From a virus, in the IMG/VR virus record IMGVR_UViG_3300020051_000004: a stretch of DNA of 64,000 nucleotides; one strand, 5' to 3'. The notes beneath the pieces are model-generated. The model was given only the letters and a program-made list of their open reading frames with translations, searched no databases and was not told the DNA's origin. The position numbers were made by a program, and so were the translations under genes. Below, one piece after another: positions 1 through 10,700 of this stretch (position 1 is the first letter of the stretch; every line of letters starts with the position of its first letter).

Positions 1-2
1 AA

Positions 3-527
3 AATTCGGTTAAGAACTCTCCCGACCAGATTTCAACAGCTGGTAACAGAGGGAAAGGGAATAGGGTTTATGTTTATCCTCGCGGCACTAATGATGGAGG
101 TCTGAAACATTACAATGGTAAATCTCCATGTATCACTACATCAAATTGGGAGCATAATATTTTCGCTGCCCAAAGAATTGAATCTAATCTTGAAAAACTT
201 CTTGAAACTAGCAAATATAAAGACTCCTTCCAATGGAGATATGATAAGAAGGGGCGTGTTTTGGTTATGCGTCCAGATGGCTTGAAAATTCAAAGAATCG
301 GAAGGGTCGCAAACGAAAATACAAAGACGGAAATCATCACCTGTCTAACTCAGCCCCACCTAGATAATGGGTTACTCATTCGCAAAATTACCCCTGTTGA
401 GGCGGAGCGCCTTCAAACGGTTCCAGATAACTACACATCTTGTATCTCCGACAACAAACGCTATCATGCTTTGGGCAATGGTTGGACAGTTGATGTTATT
501 GCTCATATTTTGAGTGGAATTCAGTAG
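3..527 (+). CDS. dcm: DNA (cytosine-5)-methyltransferase, C-terminal part (5' end outside window)
   Basis: Frame open from position 3. C-terminal motifs IX/X are present: RKITPVEAERLQTVPDNY...RYHALGNGWTVDVIAHIL. Confidence 0.85.
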   Translation, partial: NSVKNSPDQISTAGNRGKGNRVYVYPRGTNDGGLKHYNGKSPCITTSNWEHNIFAAQRIESNLEKLLETSKYKDSFQWRYDKKGRVLVMRPDGLKIQRIGRVANENTKTEIITCLTQPHLDNGLLIRKITPVEAERLQTVPDNYTSCISDNKRYHALGNGWTVDVIAHILSGIQ

Positions 528-544
528 TTCCCATGACAACAAGC

Positions 545-587
545 GGCCCGCGTCAACTAAGACGCGGGCCTATTTATTTACTTTTTT
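545..587 (+). terminator. Rho-independent terminator
   Basis: Perfect 10 bp stem GGCCCGCGTC-aactaa-GACGCGGGCC followed by a T-rich tract, just after the methyltransferase stop. Confidence 0.75.
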
Positions 588-677
588 GGCGCGACAATTC
601 AAAGGAAAGCCATGCGCCCTGTTAAACTTATTTACACTTGGAAGTGGGGGAATTTAATTTGCGGCGAAAGATTTTAT

Positions 678-705
678 TTGACTTTAGAGTAGAGAATGTT
701 AGAGT
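678..705 (+). promoter_or_regulatory. sigma70-like promoter for the HNH gene
   Basis: TTGACT-16 nt-TAGAGT with TGn extension, 9 nt before ATG 715. Same geometry as the promoter at 49543-49570. Confidence 0.45.
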
Positions 706-714
706 TATAGGTAT

Positions 715-1545
715 ATGGCAACAACAAAACCACCTCAAACGAAAGTCGGAAGAAAATTTGGAATCTTAACTCCTACCACTGGATTTCACGCAAAAAATAG
801 TCGCGGCAAAAATAAATTGTATTATAAATGTGATTGCGAATGCGGAACTAAGGATCATGTAGTTTTATCCTCTAATTTAAGAAATGAAGGTGGTAGCAAT
901 TCCTGTGGATGCAATTGGCATACTGGAAACCGCGCAAAAGATATTACTGGAGAAAGATTTGGAAAATTAACTGCCATCAAACCAACTGAAAAACGTTGGA
1001 GAAAAAATATTATTTGGGTATTCTCCTGTGATTGCGGAAGGGAGGCGGAGCTTCCTTTGGGAGAAGTTGTCTCTTTGAAGCGCCAATCTTGTGGATGTAA
1101 AAAGAAATATACAGATAGAGAAGAAGCTGTATGGACTAAAACTAAAGCTAAAGCCCTTCGTCGTTCAAAAGAATATGGAGATGATAGCGACTTAGATTTA
1201 AAGTCATATATCGACATTACGACTCGGGACTGTTTTTATTGCGGAGCTAAACCAAGGATACCAGTTGTTGATAAGGCGTCAGACCTCAGATTGTTTAGAA
1301 ACACTCTTGATCGAATTAATCCTCAATTTGGATACCTTAAAAGAAACGTTCTTCCATGCTGCTTAGCGTGCAATAGCGCAAAATCAGATAAAAGTTACGT
1401 GGAATGGGCTCACTTCCTCAAGAGTCGCTACGAACACTTTATCGCCACGGAAAAATACTTAAGTCTCATTTTTAACGAAAAGGCTATGAAATCGTCCGAA
1501 GCTTTATTTGTTTTTAAAGACTCTATTACTCTGAATAAGCAGTAG
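715..1545 (+). CDS. HNH-family homing endonuclease with two N-terminal Zn-binding repeats
   Basis: Two G(R/E)(K/R)FGxLT...C.C.CG...SCGC repeats, then CFYCG...LDRIN...GY...NVLPCCLACNSAK. Confidence 0.85.
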   Translation: MATTKPPQTKVGRKFGILTPTTGFHAKNSRGKNKLYYKCDCECGTKDHVVLSSNLRNEGGSNSCGCNWHTGNRAKDITGERFGKLTAIKPTEKRWRKNIIWVFSCDCGREAELPLGEVVSLKRQSCGCKKKYTDREEAVWTKTKAKALRRSKEYGDDSDLDLKSYIDITTRDCFYCGAKPRIPVVDKASDLRLFRNTLDRINPQFGYLKRNVLPCCLACNSAKSDKSYVEWAHFLKSRYEHFIATEKYLSLIFNEKAMKSSEALFVFKDSITLNKQ

Positions 1546-1556
1546 AAGGTTGACAA

Positions 1557-1591
1557 TAAAAAAGGCGCTCTTTTGGAGCGCCTTTTTCTTT
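1557..1591. terminator. Bidirectional terminator between convergent genes
   Basis: AAAAAGGCGCTC-ttttg-GAGCGCCTTTTT, A tract on the left and T tract on the right. Confidence 0.85.
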
Positions 1592-1602
1592 ATTGGTTTA
1601 AT

Positions 1603-2760
1603 TTATGAATCAAACGGATTAACCGTGTTTTGGCCGCTCATGAAAACTCCACGCGACTGATCAGCAACGCCGCCCACATCTGCCGAGAAAACTAAATCGC
1701 ATGTTTGATTGTCTCCGATGGAGAGGGAGCTTGAACTCGAATCAAATTGAGCCCCTTTCAGTGTGTAAGAAATGTTAGGAGTCCCATTTGAGTTTCTAAT
1801 CGTCAACGTAATGTCGTGAGTAGATTCATCATCAAGGGCAGCGCTAAGATTTCTAGAAACAACCTCATTAACAAGAGCGCTCACGGAAAGCGTTGCTGTA
1901 ATTGGAAGAGTGGTTGGACGAGCATACGCAAAGCGAGAGCCAAGCTGGCGAATTGGATCGCGAGAAAGTGGCACGGAAAGCGTTGCGCTCTGAACTCTAA
2001 TGCCGTTTGAACCAGCAGTGTCAAGATTGAACACTGGAGATGCAATACCAGAAGATGTACCAGTCAGCGAACCGAACGTTAGCGTCGCATCCGCAGGTCT
2101 TAAGGCCATAGGAATACCAATACCAGTATAAGATGTTGGAGACGGAAATTTAACGGCAAACGCTGTATTAATCATCTGACCATTAGAAGGGTCAACAGCG
2201 GGAGAAACACAACCAGTAGTCGCTCCACTAACGGTATATGTTGAAGTAATAGCATTGGCAGCTTCAAAACCAATGCTTACAGTAGGAATTTCTCCCACGC
2301 CAATAGAAAGTTCGTAAGAGGAAACGTAAACGTTGCCGAATGAGTAAACTGGAAGACCACTGTAAGCAGCAGACCCACCAGCCATAAAGTTGAGGTCCAC
2401 GCCTTCTGGTGAAACAGAGACATGTAAACAGTTTCCAGATGTAGTTACGATCTGGCCCGAAACAAAGTTTGCTAAGCCTGTAAAACCAGAAGCATCTTGA
2501 ACATAAAAACCCAAAGCTCTTTCTTGGTATCCATCAGTAAGATAATACGAGAAATTGCCGCCAACAGTTGGCTCTTCAGTGACGATTTTTTGAATCGCGG
2601 CCACTTGCCCCATCTGATTTAAGGGCGTACGCGTGATTTCTGTATTTGTGTCGAAGGATTGGAAACGCCCGAATTGAGCGTGCTGCCCTGAAGATAACCC
2701 AGTCAGATTTTTCGAGCAGAATAATCCGAAGGAGGGGTAATTAGTTCTATTTTTAGCCAT
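1603..2760 (-). CDS. Probable major tail tube protein
   Basis: 385 aa, S/G/T-rich and beta-rich. Last gene of the neck cluster, followed by a strong terminator, with a GTGTAA motif upstream. Paralogous to the two tail genes after the tape measure. Confidence 0.6.
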   Translation of the reverse strand: MAKNRTNYPSFGLFCSKNLTGLSSGQHAQFGRFQSFDTNTEITRTPLNQMGQVAAIQKIVTEEPTVGGNFSYYLTDGYQERALGFYVQDASGFTGLANFVSGQIVTTSGNCLHVSVSPEGVDLNFMAGGSAAYSGLPVYSFGNVYVSSYELSIGVGEIPTVSIGFEAANAITSTYTVSGATTGCVSPAVDPSNGQMINTAFAVKFPSPTSYTGIGIPMALRPADATLTFGSLTGTSSGIASPVFNLDTAGSNGIRVQSATLSVPLSRDPIRQLGSRFAYARPTTLPITATLSVSALVNEVVSRNLSAALDDESTHDITLTIRNSNGTPNISYTLKGAQFDSSSSSLSIGDNQTCDLVFSADVGGVADQSRGVFMSGQNTVNPFDS

Positions 2761-2796
2761 AGTGTTTTAGAGAGGTGTATTACTCTTTACACTTTT

Positions 2797-3648
2797 TTAG
2801 ACCCTAGGATACCTCTGCTGCGTCACCTTAAAGTCAATTAGGCCAATGAACATTTCATTTTGCACGCTTTTTCTTAATTGGTCGGTGATTTTTGACGTTT
2901 TTACTTCTTCAATTTGAAGCGGCAAATTAGTGGCAAAACTTTCTCTGGCCAAGGTTTCATAGTTGTAGTAGCCTGTTTTCAAGTCTCCAAACTCATTATA
3001 CGGCGAAAACTGGAAAGGAATTTGCGCGAAAATTTCTTGTTTAGAGTCGGCGAATAAAGACATAACGCCGTCCAGTTGATAAGCATTTTCACAAAAAACT
3101 GTTGCGCCGAATCTAATTTCTGTTGTGTCCATGCCGCCAAAAGCGAATGGTTTGTTGTTCACGGTTTGTTGAGCTACAAAAATCGCAGGCACAACTGGCT
3201 GATAGGGCGGAATACCAGAAACAGAGATGGCGGTGCCAACTTTTGGTGCGGCCAAATATTTTTTCTCAACAATCAAGTCTTCTACCGAATCTTGCGTCAT
3301 GTAAACGTTAAACTCTTTTTGGCAAAAAGTTCCTGTTGGTTGAACACCAGTGTTTAAGCCGCTGGCTAAGACTCGTCCATTATTATAATCAATGAAAAGA
3401 TTATTTGAGCGGCCCGAAAAAGAGTTTCCCACCCAAACGCCAGAATTTATTGCGGCCCCACTAATTGAAGAGTCGGATACCCACTGCTTATAATTACTAG
3501 AAAAACCCTTATACGTTGGAATTTTAGAGTCGGGCAAATAGTAGAGTTTCCCTGTTTTGTTAGAGAAAGCGCGACCTTTACTTAGGAGATGATGATCCAT
3601 CCATAAGAGAAAAGACGACTGAACTTCGTGAGAATACTGGGGAACCAT
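2797..3648 (-). CDS. Virion structural protein, probable tail terminator/neck
   Basis: Directly upstream of the tube gene, has the GTGTAA motif, and contains a PAIFV segment reminiscent of tail-completion proteins. Confidence 0.45.
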   Translation of the reverse strand: MVPQYSHEVQSSFLLWMDHHLLSKGRAFSNKTGKLYYLPDSKIPTYKGFSSNYKQWVSDSSISGAAINSGVWVGNSFSGRSNNLFIDYNNGRVLASGLNTGVQPTGTFCQKEFNVYMTQDSVEDLIVEKKYLAAPKVGTAISVSGIPPYQPVVPAIFVAQQTVNNKPFAFGGMDTTEIRFGATVFCENAYQLDGVMSLFADSKQEIFAQIPFQFSPYNEFGDLKTGYYNYETLARESFATNLPLQIEEVKTSKITDQLRKSVQNEMFIGLIDFKVTQQRYPRV

Positions 3649-3656
3649 AAGTGTAT

Positions 3657-4307
3657 TTACACAGACCTAGCGATTTCAAACCCCATTTCGTTAAACTTCT
3701 GAAACCATTGATCTAAGAACGGGCGAATCCAATTCACAGGTCTAGATGCTGAATTTGAGCCCTGCTGCTTTTGAAGACCAAAGTGAGAGCGCGATTGGCC
3801 GACTCCCATTTCTCCAAACGGCGCATTAACATACCTACCCAACCCTGGAACGCCCCTTTCTAATCCAGTAACCCAACTATATCCATCGACCCACTCTAAT
3901 TGGTCCGCCGTTGCTTCTTCAAAAGATTCCACAGAAGGAAAATCTACTACCTGCCATTTTAAAAACTTGCCGCCGAAAATGTTTAGGCTGCGGGTTATTT
4001 TCATTTTTTTGATTACAGCGTATAGGGCATTAGTTGGTTTAACTTTTCGCCTAAAACCTAAGAAGGAAAACAAATCACCCTTCCCGCCAAGAATATCTGC
4101 GAAATCATTACTTCCAAACCCTGGCCCATATTCAAGAGCTTCAATCACTGGCAAGTTTCTAAACTCTGCGAGCATTTCATTCTTTCTCATTTGGAAAACT
4201 TTTTGAGTGGGGCGCTCTAAAAATTCCCCGACTGTTTTTTTAACAAGCGGGAGGTCTATTTGGTTTTTTAGTTGGGAAATTAAATTCCCTATGCGCGATT
4301 TGCCCAT
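3657..4307 (-). CDS. Putative neck/tail-completion protein
   Basis: 216 aa, between head-closure-like and terminator-like genes. C-terminal WIRPFL resembles HK97 gp10-like ends. Confidence 0.35.
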   Translation of the reverse strand: MGKSRIGNLISQLKNQIDLPLVKKTVGEFLERPTQKVFQMRKNEMLAEFRNLPVIEALEYGPGFGSNDFADILGGKGDLFSFLGFRRKVKPTNALYAVIKKMKITRSLNIFGGKFLKWQVVDFPSVESFEEATADQLEWVDGYSWVTGLERGVPGLGRYVNAPFGEMGVGQSRSHFGLQKQQGSNSASRPVNWIRPFLDQWFQKFNEMGFEIARSV

Positions 4308-4308
4308 G

Positions 4309-4773
4309 TTACTCGTCCGTTGGCGTTAAAAGATACTCGTAATATGGAGAATATTCGGGGCCAAACATTGCAATTTGCCGAGCATTTGAAACGATAGCGA
4401 ATCTTTTGCCGTCTAGCTCTATTCTGCGGGCATCTTTTAAAAATTCATTGGCCGCACTATCTACTTTGATTTTTACTGAGCCTGCTGGTAGGGCAACTTT
4501 GTTTTGTCCGCCCGTAGAAGATGAGCCGTCACTAAAAGAGAATAGTTCTTCGTCTCCTTTTAGGTATCTGATGCGGGCCTTGAAAGTTAGCGATACTGGG
4601 GTGTATTCAAGATTTGTTTGGCCGTAAAAAGAATTGTAGCCCGAATCTGTAGAGATAGAAACCATTTCGCCGTCTTTATAAGCAACAACTTCGCGGGCGA
4701 ATGTTTCGTGGATGTTATTAATCACGTCGCTGATGCTGGTTTTTTGGGCGCTACTTAAATAGGAAATGGCCAT
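4309..4773 (-). CDS. Putative head-closure/head-tail joining protein
   Basis: 154 aa, beta-rich (FKARIRY...RIELDGKRFAIV...YEYLL), typical of stopper proteins. GTGTAA motif upstream. Confidence 0.45.
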   Translation of the reverse strand: MAISYLSSAQKTSISDVINNIHETFAREVVAYKDGEMVSISTDSGYNSFYGQTNLEYTPVSLTFKARIRYLKGDEELFSFSDGSSSTGGQNKVALPAGSVKIKVDSAANEFLKDARRIELDGKRFAIVSNARQIAMFGPEYSPYYEYLLTPTDE

Positions 4774-4776
4774 ACT

Positions 4777-5184
4777 TTAATTTACACGCCTTGCTTTTCT
4801 GGCGGATAAATCTGCGGCTGAATTATTTTTTCGCGGCACCCATTTAAATACAACTTGGTTGTGATTATTTTTCGCGGCCAAAAGTTTTTCCCATAAGTCT
4901 TGGTTTTTTACGGGTTTATTATTGTAGTTTTTCCACCCGTTCTTTAACCATTTATGAATATACTTAGTGGCTCCACTTACTACATACTGGGAATCCGACA
5001 GGATAATTATCTCTTGAGGGTCTAAGAAGTGAGACAAGGCTTTAATCGCGGCAGTCAATTCCATTCTATTCGATGTTGTTTCCGAGAACTCCATTCCAGA
5101 GAAGCTTTTCCCATTTATTACATAAGACCATCCTCCTTGTCCAGAGGAAAGATCATAAGAACCATCTGTATTTATGTAAACCAT
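4777..5184 (-). CDS. rnhA: Ribonuclease HI
   Basis: Motifs YINTDGS, TSNRMELTAAI, SDSQYV, W..NGW..KPVKNQDLW, FKWV and ADLSAR. The usual KGH histidine appears to be missing. Confidence 0.93.
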   Translation of the reverse strand: MVYINTDGSYDLSSGQGGWSYVINGKSFSGMEFSETTSNRMELTAAIKALSHFLDPQEIIILSDSQYVVSGATKYIHKWLKNGWKNYNNKPVKNQDLWEKLLAAKNNHNQVVFKWVPRKNNSAADLSARKARRVN

Positions 5185-5244
5185 CTAGTTATAATAGCAT
5201 AACTCTATATTCTAAGTACTCTTTACTCTCTAAGTTTCTTACCC

Positions 5245-5660
5245 TTTAGGGCAGTCGGGCAGTTTTTTGTCTGCCTTTGTGAGGAGATACTATTTCAGCC
5301 ATTGAAGGTTTAGAATGCTTTGTCGGTATAGTTCGGCTTGCGCCTATCTGTCTTCCTCGCCTTAATTCTATGCTAGGTTAAACTCATAGAACACTTGGGC
5401 ACTGTTGAAACCGCTGGGTTAGCTGACGAATCGAACAGACGTTGTGCCTCAAGTTGGTTTCTCGCCCCTTCGGATTTCTCCTAATGCGATACGATGGAAT
5501 CTTAACTGGGTTCTCCCCACGGCAAACACTTAACTCTGATTTTACCCATCATGTTAAATGTCGGCAACTGCTGAAAACTGCCCTAAAAACAGCGTTGCGG
5601 TTGCATTCATCCTTGTCAACTGGTCGTAAAAAAGCCTACGACTGGCCTTTGGTTATGTCT
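5245..5660 (-). ncRNA. Putative large structured non-coding RNA of unknown class
   Basis: Long-range 11 bp closing stem 5245-5255/5577-5587, at least five internal helices, GNRA loops on the minus strand and a leftward GTGTAA motif at 5668-5673. Strand not certain. Confidence 0.55.
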
Positions 5661-5667
5661 CTATATA

Positions 5668-5693
5668 TTACACTTATTCGCGCTTTCGTGTAA
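5668..5693. promoter_or_regulatory. Back-to-back GTGTAA putative late promoters
   Basis: TTACAC 5668-5673 (leftward) and GTGTAA 5688-5693 (rightward, 22 nt before ATG 5716). The same hexamer precedes many structural genes. Confidence 0.65.
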
Positions 5694-5715
5694 AGAAAAA
5701 CAAGGAACAGGAAAA

Positions 5716-6006
5716 ATGACAGCAAAGGACCAACTTTTGGCGGCTCAACACGCCCAAATCAAAACTCTATACAAGAGCCTACTCAGAGAAATCGAAGACT
5801 TGAAAGAAGAGTTTGACGAGCGTTTTCGACTTTTTCAAGATCAACTGCCGCCAGAATATTTAAAAATGTTAATTGCGGCGAATCCTTTTACTGAGGACCG
5901 ATTTTTTCGTTTGCGCAAAAGAATTTTAGATTCAGGCAACGATGTTGAACGTGCGCTGGTTGGCGAGTCTGAAAGGTATAGCGTTTCTTTTGTTTTTAAA
6001 AATTAG
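5716..6006 (+). CDS. Hypothetical protein (tail module)
   Basis: 96 aa helical ORF, first gene of the rightward tail arm. Confidence 0.7.
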   Translation: MTAKDQLLAAQHAQIKTLYKSLLREIEDLKEEFDERFRLFQDQLPPEYLKMLIAANPFTEDRFFRLRKRILDSGNDVERALVGESERYSVSFVFKN

Positions 6007-6025
6007 TTTTTCGTTAATATAAATT

Positions 6026-6784
6026 ATGACCAACCCCGACAAAACTCTCTACTCCTTCTTCGTTAATCGCAAAGTGGAGAAGTCAAAGAAAGAAGTCTCA
6101 ACAGACGAATCTGGCGCTGAAATTGTTAAAACAATCAAAGAAATTGTTGACGAACCTGTAAAAGTTGTCACTTATCGCCCAAATCGCCGCCAAGATGATT
6201 TGGCTGAAGAAGAATACGCTGTACAGTTTTCAAAGTTTCTAAAAAAAGGTTTGATGACCAAAGCTATGCTTTCCAACAAGTATAGCGACAACGGCGGATT
6301 AATGAGTGAAACAGATTCAAAAGAATACGCCCGACTTCTCAAAGAGCTTGAAGGCTTAAAAGATGAGCATGTTAAAAAGTCTGCTTTCGCTAAGGATGGA
6401 AAGAAAAAAAACAAAGAACTAGACGAACTCGGCGAAAAAATTATTGAATTGAGCCAAACTCTTCTCAGAATTGAGAATCGCTACCAAAATCTCTTTTCTC
6501 TCACTGCCGAAACAAAGGCTGAAACAAAGAGGCTCGAATGGTATTTGATGAACCTATCTTTCATGGAGGAAGACGGCAAACTAATTCCAGTTTTTAATGG
6601 GGCCGACATTGAAGAAAAGCGCGAAGACTATTACAAAAAAGAAGAGAGCGCCGACGAAGTTTACTCCCAAATCATTCGCAAACTCTGGTTTGTTTTTGCA
6701 ATTTGGCAGAACAATCGCGCAATCTCCACTGAAGACCTCGAAAATTTCCTGAAAATGCTTGAGGAAAAAGATGGAGAACAGTGA
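6026..6784 (+). CDS. Putative tail assembly chaperone (first of pair)
   Basis: 252 aa charged coiled-coil protein two genes before the tape measure. Confidence 0.45.
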   Translation: MTNPDKTLYSFFVNRKVEKSKKEVSTDESGAEIVKTIKEIVDEPVKVVTYRPNRRQDDLAEEEYAVQFSKFLKKGLMTKAMLSNKYSDNGGLMSETDSKEYARLLKELEGLKDEHVKKSAFAKDGKKKNKELDELGEKIIELSQTLLRIENRYQNLFSLTAETKAETKRLEWYLMNLSFMEEDGKLIPVFNGADIEEKREDYYKKEESADEVYSQIIRKLWFVFAIWQNNRAISTEDLENFLKMLEEKDGEQ

Positions 6785-7757
6785 TTACATTGAGCTAGTC
6801 TCTGAAATTTTTCAAGGTTACACCGAGTTGATTGTAAAAGGTCGCTCGGTTTTCTTGCGTCATGTCTCGCTCCAAGATCAAGCGAAGCTCTCTGCCTTAA
6901 TTGAAAAACTCACTGAAGAGAAAATCGCACTAGGAATGTCTTCCGAAAAGGACCGACTAGAGTTTCTAAAGAAAGAAAAACTTTGGGGCGAAAATGATGA
7001 TTTGGAGATTGTTGAAAAGGAAAACTATGTTTCAAACCTGTCTCAGACAAAGAAAAAAGTCGCGCTTCCTTCTCAGCAAAAAGCTATTCAAAAGGAAATA
7101 GACGAAGAAACGGCCAAATTAAATCTTTTGCGGGCAAAAAAAAGAGAATTAATCGGCCCAATGACAGCAGAAGATTTTGCGGCCAAAGAGGCTAACGAGA
7201 AATTTATTCGCAGCGTTTTATATACTTCCCCATCTTTCAGTGAGTTAGCTTTTTCGCAAAATGATTTTGATGAGCTTAGCGATGAAGAACTTTTCGATGT
7301 TTATAATCAATATCAGCGAACAATGGAGCGTTTGAGTGACGAAAACATTCAAAAGGCCGTTCTTCAGGATTTCTTTAGTTCTTATATTGGTTTTTGCGAT
7401 AAGTCAATGGATTTTTTTGGTAAGCCGATAATTAATTGTTCTTCGGCCCAAAGAAGTTTGTTGATTTGGGGTCGCTGTTTCTTGAATATTTTCCAGAATG
7501 TAGAAAAAATTCCTGACTCTATCCGAAAAGACCCTAAAGCCTTGCTTGATTTTGCCGACAATTCTCGAAACAGAGAAAAAGTTAAAAATAATTCCAAGGG
7601 CAAAGAAGGCTCAACATCATTTGTGATGGGAACAAAAGAAGACGCCGAAGCTCTTTCTGACGGCGCAACTATTGGTAATTTAGCCGACGAATTAAAAAGT
7701 TCGGGCGGATTCTTATCTCAGAATGATCTTCTAAAAAGAGCTGGCGTGCGCGTGTAA
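6771..7757 (+). CDS. Putative tail assembly chaperone (second of pair)
   Basis: Helical acidic protein immediately before the tape measure. ATG 6771 overlaps the end of the previous gene. Confidence 0.45.
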   Translation: MENSDYIELVSEIFQGYTELIVKGRSVFLRHVSLQDQAKLSALIEKLTEEKIALGMSSEKDRLEFLKKEKLWGENDDLEIVEKENYVSNLSQTKKKVALPSQQKAIQKEIDEETAKLNLLRAKKRELIGPMTAEDFAAKEANEKFIRSVLYTSPSFSELAFSQNDFDELSDEELFDVYNQYQRTMERLSDENIQKAVLQDFFSSYIGFCDKSMDFFGKPIINCSSAQRSLLIWGRCFLNIFQNVEKIPDSIRKDPKALLDFADNSRNREKVKNNSKGKEGSTSFVMGTKEDAEALSDGATIGNLADELKSSGGFLSQNDLLKRAGVRV

Positions 7758-7776
7758 TTCCTTAGAAGGAAAAGGA

Positions 7777-10700
7777 ATGGCGAACATACCCACAGTAGAA
7801 ATCGGTTTTACACCTAGCGAAAGAAGCGCTATTAACGCTCTTTCGAGAGTTCAGAGCATTGCGGACAAGCGTCCAATTAAAGTTGCCTTTTCTACTGACA
7901 CGAAATCCCTTAAAGAGCTTGACTCTGGACTTGGAAAACTTTCGGGCCGCGCAGATGAATTTACAAAGAGCTTAGAAGCATCCAACGCTCGCGTGCTAGC
8001 TTTCGGCGCTTCTGTTTCTATTATTGCGGCGATTCAGAGAAGTTTCTCGAATTTAATTAAATCTACCATTGATGTAGAAGCGGCATTCAAGAAAATTTCT
8101 GTTGTCGGCGATCAATTTGCAAAAACTTCTGGCGATTTAGAGAGATTTGGCCGTGGTATTTTTGATATTGCCCGTCAAACAGGTCAGGCTTTTGATGTGA
8201 CTTCTGAGGCTGCTCTTGAATTTGCTCGTCAAGGTTTGAGCGCTTCCGAAACTCTTACTAGAGTAAAAGATGCTCTTGTTTTGACTCGATTGTCTGGAAT
8301 TGATGCTGCTAGTTCAGTTGAAGGTTTAACTGCTACTGTTAATGCTTTCAAAAAGGAAGGCGTCACAACAACAGACGTTCTCAATAAGCTGATTGCTGTT
8401 GATAATAAGTTTGCTGTTTCCAGCGCCGACTTGATCGAGTCTCTCAAAAGAAGCGCCTCTGTTGCTCAGTCTTCTAATGTTAGTCTTGACGAGCTTATTG
8501 CAACAACTACGGCGCTCCAAGAAGTCACGGCTCGCGGTGGTCCCGTTATCGGTAACGCCATCAAAAGTATTTTAGCCCGCTCTGGTAGAAGCGAAACAAT
8601 TCAGGCGTTTAGAAATTTAAAGGTTGAGGTTCAAGATATTAATGGCAACTTGCGCCCATCTATTGAACTGCTTACAGACTTCTCTTCTAAGATAAAGAAT
8701 CTTCCGCAGCTTCAAAAGAATCAGGCTATTAGCGATTTGGCTGGCGTTTACCAGTTGAATACTGGCACTGCTCTTATTGATATTCTTGCTGAACTTGAAA
8801 CTGGCGCAAGTCGCTATAGAGATGCTTTATCGACAACAAAAGAAGCTACCAATGAAGCTGATGTAGCAAACAGAAAACTTAACGAATCCCTTGACTCTCA
8901 ATTAAAAGCTCTTCTCGCTACTGGAACTGAGCTTGGGTCTTTAATTGGAAATATTTCCATTGCGCCGCTTCTTTCCGAAGGGTTATCTAAGGTTTCTGGC
9001 GTAGGAGATTTTTTAATCAAGGAACTCAGGGCTTCTGGTCCAAATTTAACAAAGGCCGCTTTTGAGGTTCTTCAGGACGCTTTTCTTGTTGCTGGAACTG
9101 CTGGTGCGGCGGCGATTGTTCTTTTTGTTAAAAAGTTTGCGATTTTTGCAAAGGATAGCATCTCTACAGTTTTGGGTTTAAATGCCGCCCAAAAAAACCA
9201 AGAGAACATTCAGCTAAGCATCTTAAATGTTCTTCGCTCTAGGCAAGATATTGCGCAGCAGATTTATAATCTTTCTGGCAATGAAGTTGCTCAGACTCAA
9301 GTGTTAGCGAATCTTTACAAGAGAATTGCTGATGAGAACGCTCGCAACTTGTCGATTTCCAATGCTGTTGCCAAAAACATGTCTGGCGCTTTTGTTGTTG
9401 GATCAAGCGGCGTTCCAGTCCAAAAGGGCAAGGCGAGAGGCGCTTCAAGGGGCTTTGTTCCTGACCTTGTTCAAGCTGAATTTAATGATGTAAAAAGAGG
9501 TGTTGGCGGCGCGAAAAGTAATTCGGGAATTATTGTCCTAGATGATTTTCCAATGGGCGGAGGCAAAAAAGGCCCAATGGTAATGAACTCCTCAGAGGCT
9601 ATCATGCCAATGGGAAGCAAAGGCGCGGCTGTTCTTAATCAAGATATGCTTGATCGGATGGGCTATGGAAAAAGGGCGGCAAGGGGCGATGTTCCGTACT
9701 TATCAAAAGCGGAGAACTCTGTTCGAGCAGAGTTACAGAAAAAACGTCAAGACGAGCTAAAAAAACTTGAAAAAGAAGCTAGTGATGCCCTTAAAGCCAA
9801 ACAGAAAGCCGAACTTGATGCCGCAAAAGCTGCCGAAAAGCAGGCTAAAGCCGCGCAGAGAGAGCAAGAAAAGCTCGCTAATCAAGAAATTGCTGAAGCT
9901 AAAAAGCGCCAAAAAGCTCTTGAAAAAGCAAATAAAGAAAGGGAGCGGGCTGATAAAATTGCTCAAGAGACTGCTCGTAAATCCGCTGAGGCAGAACTAA
10001 AAGCAGCAAAAGCCAAGGAGGAGGATTTCAAAAAGAAATTCCCAGTAACCGCCCAACTTCAGCGCGATCAACAACTTCGTGTGAGCGGAAAATTGTTGCC
10101 GCCAATTTCTGGCGGATTTGGAGCATTTGGAAGATCAACCCAAGAAGATGTTTCTAGATTAATTTCTAGCGCTCAGCTTGAGAAAGCTAGGAAATCTCTT
10201 GGGGGGCAGTTTATTGATTTATTTGGATCATCGCTTTATCCGCAGAACAAAACTCAGTTTTCAGGATTAGCTCAAGCTCCAACTGTTCTTAGTGGCGAAT
10301 CTTTCAGAAAAAGACAAGAACTTGTAGCTGGAATAGAAGCGTCTCAAAATCCGCCTATCTCAGAAAGGTTAAGGCAACAGAGAGAAAGGATAGCCGCTGG
10401 TCCTCGCTTTTTAGCTGGCCCTGCTGAAGGAAAACTTTCTCTGACAGATAGACTTGGAGAAAAGAGTATCCAAAGCATAAACGATGTTTCTCGCGCTCTT
10501 TCTGATTTAGCTCCAGAATTTATTCGGGCAAAAAAAACATTCAGCGAAGCGAGTATCGAACTTGGCGCTCAAGTTTCTGGTGTATTTTTCGGCGCAAGCG
10601 TTGTTGAAAACGGCTTAAAAGGACTAGGCTACGAAGTTGGCAACATGGTTAATGTTGTTCGCGATGCGACTATTGCTTTCTTGGCGATTAAGAAACTTGG

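Noticed and set aside
5245-5660. tmRNA, RNase P RNA, group I intron or retron msr-msd
   Set aside because: No tRNA-like ends, P4 consensus or intron core recognised, no interrupted gene, and no reverse transcriptase in the window.
5442-5693. 83 aa ORF in the intergenic region
   Set aside because: Non-ATG start, atypical composition, and it overlies the structured element and both promoter motifs.
6740-6790. Programmed -1 frameshift between tail chaperones
   Set aside because: The second ORF is in the +1 frame, has its own ATG, and there is no canonical slippery heptamer.
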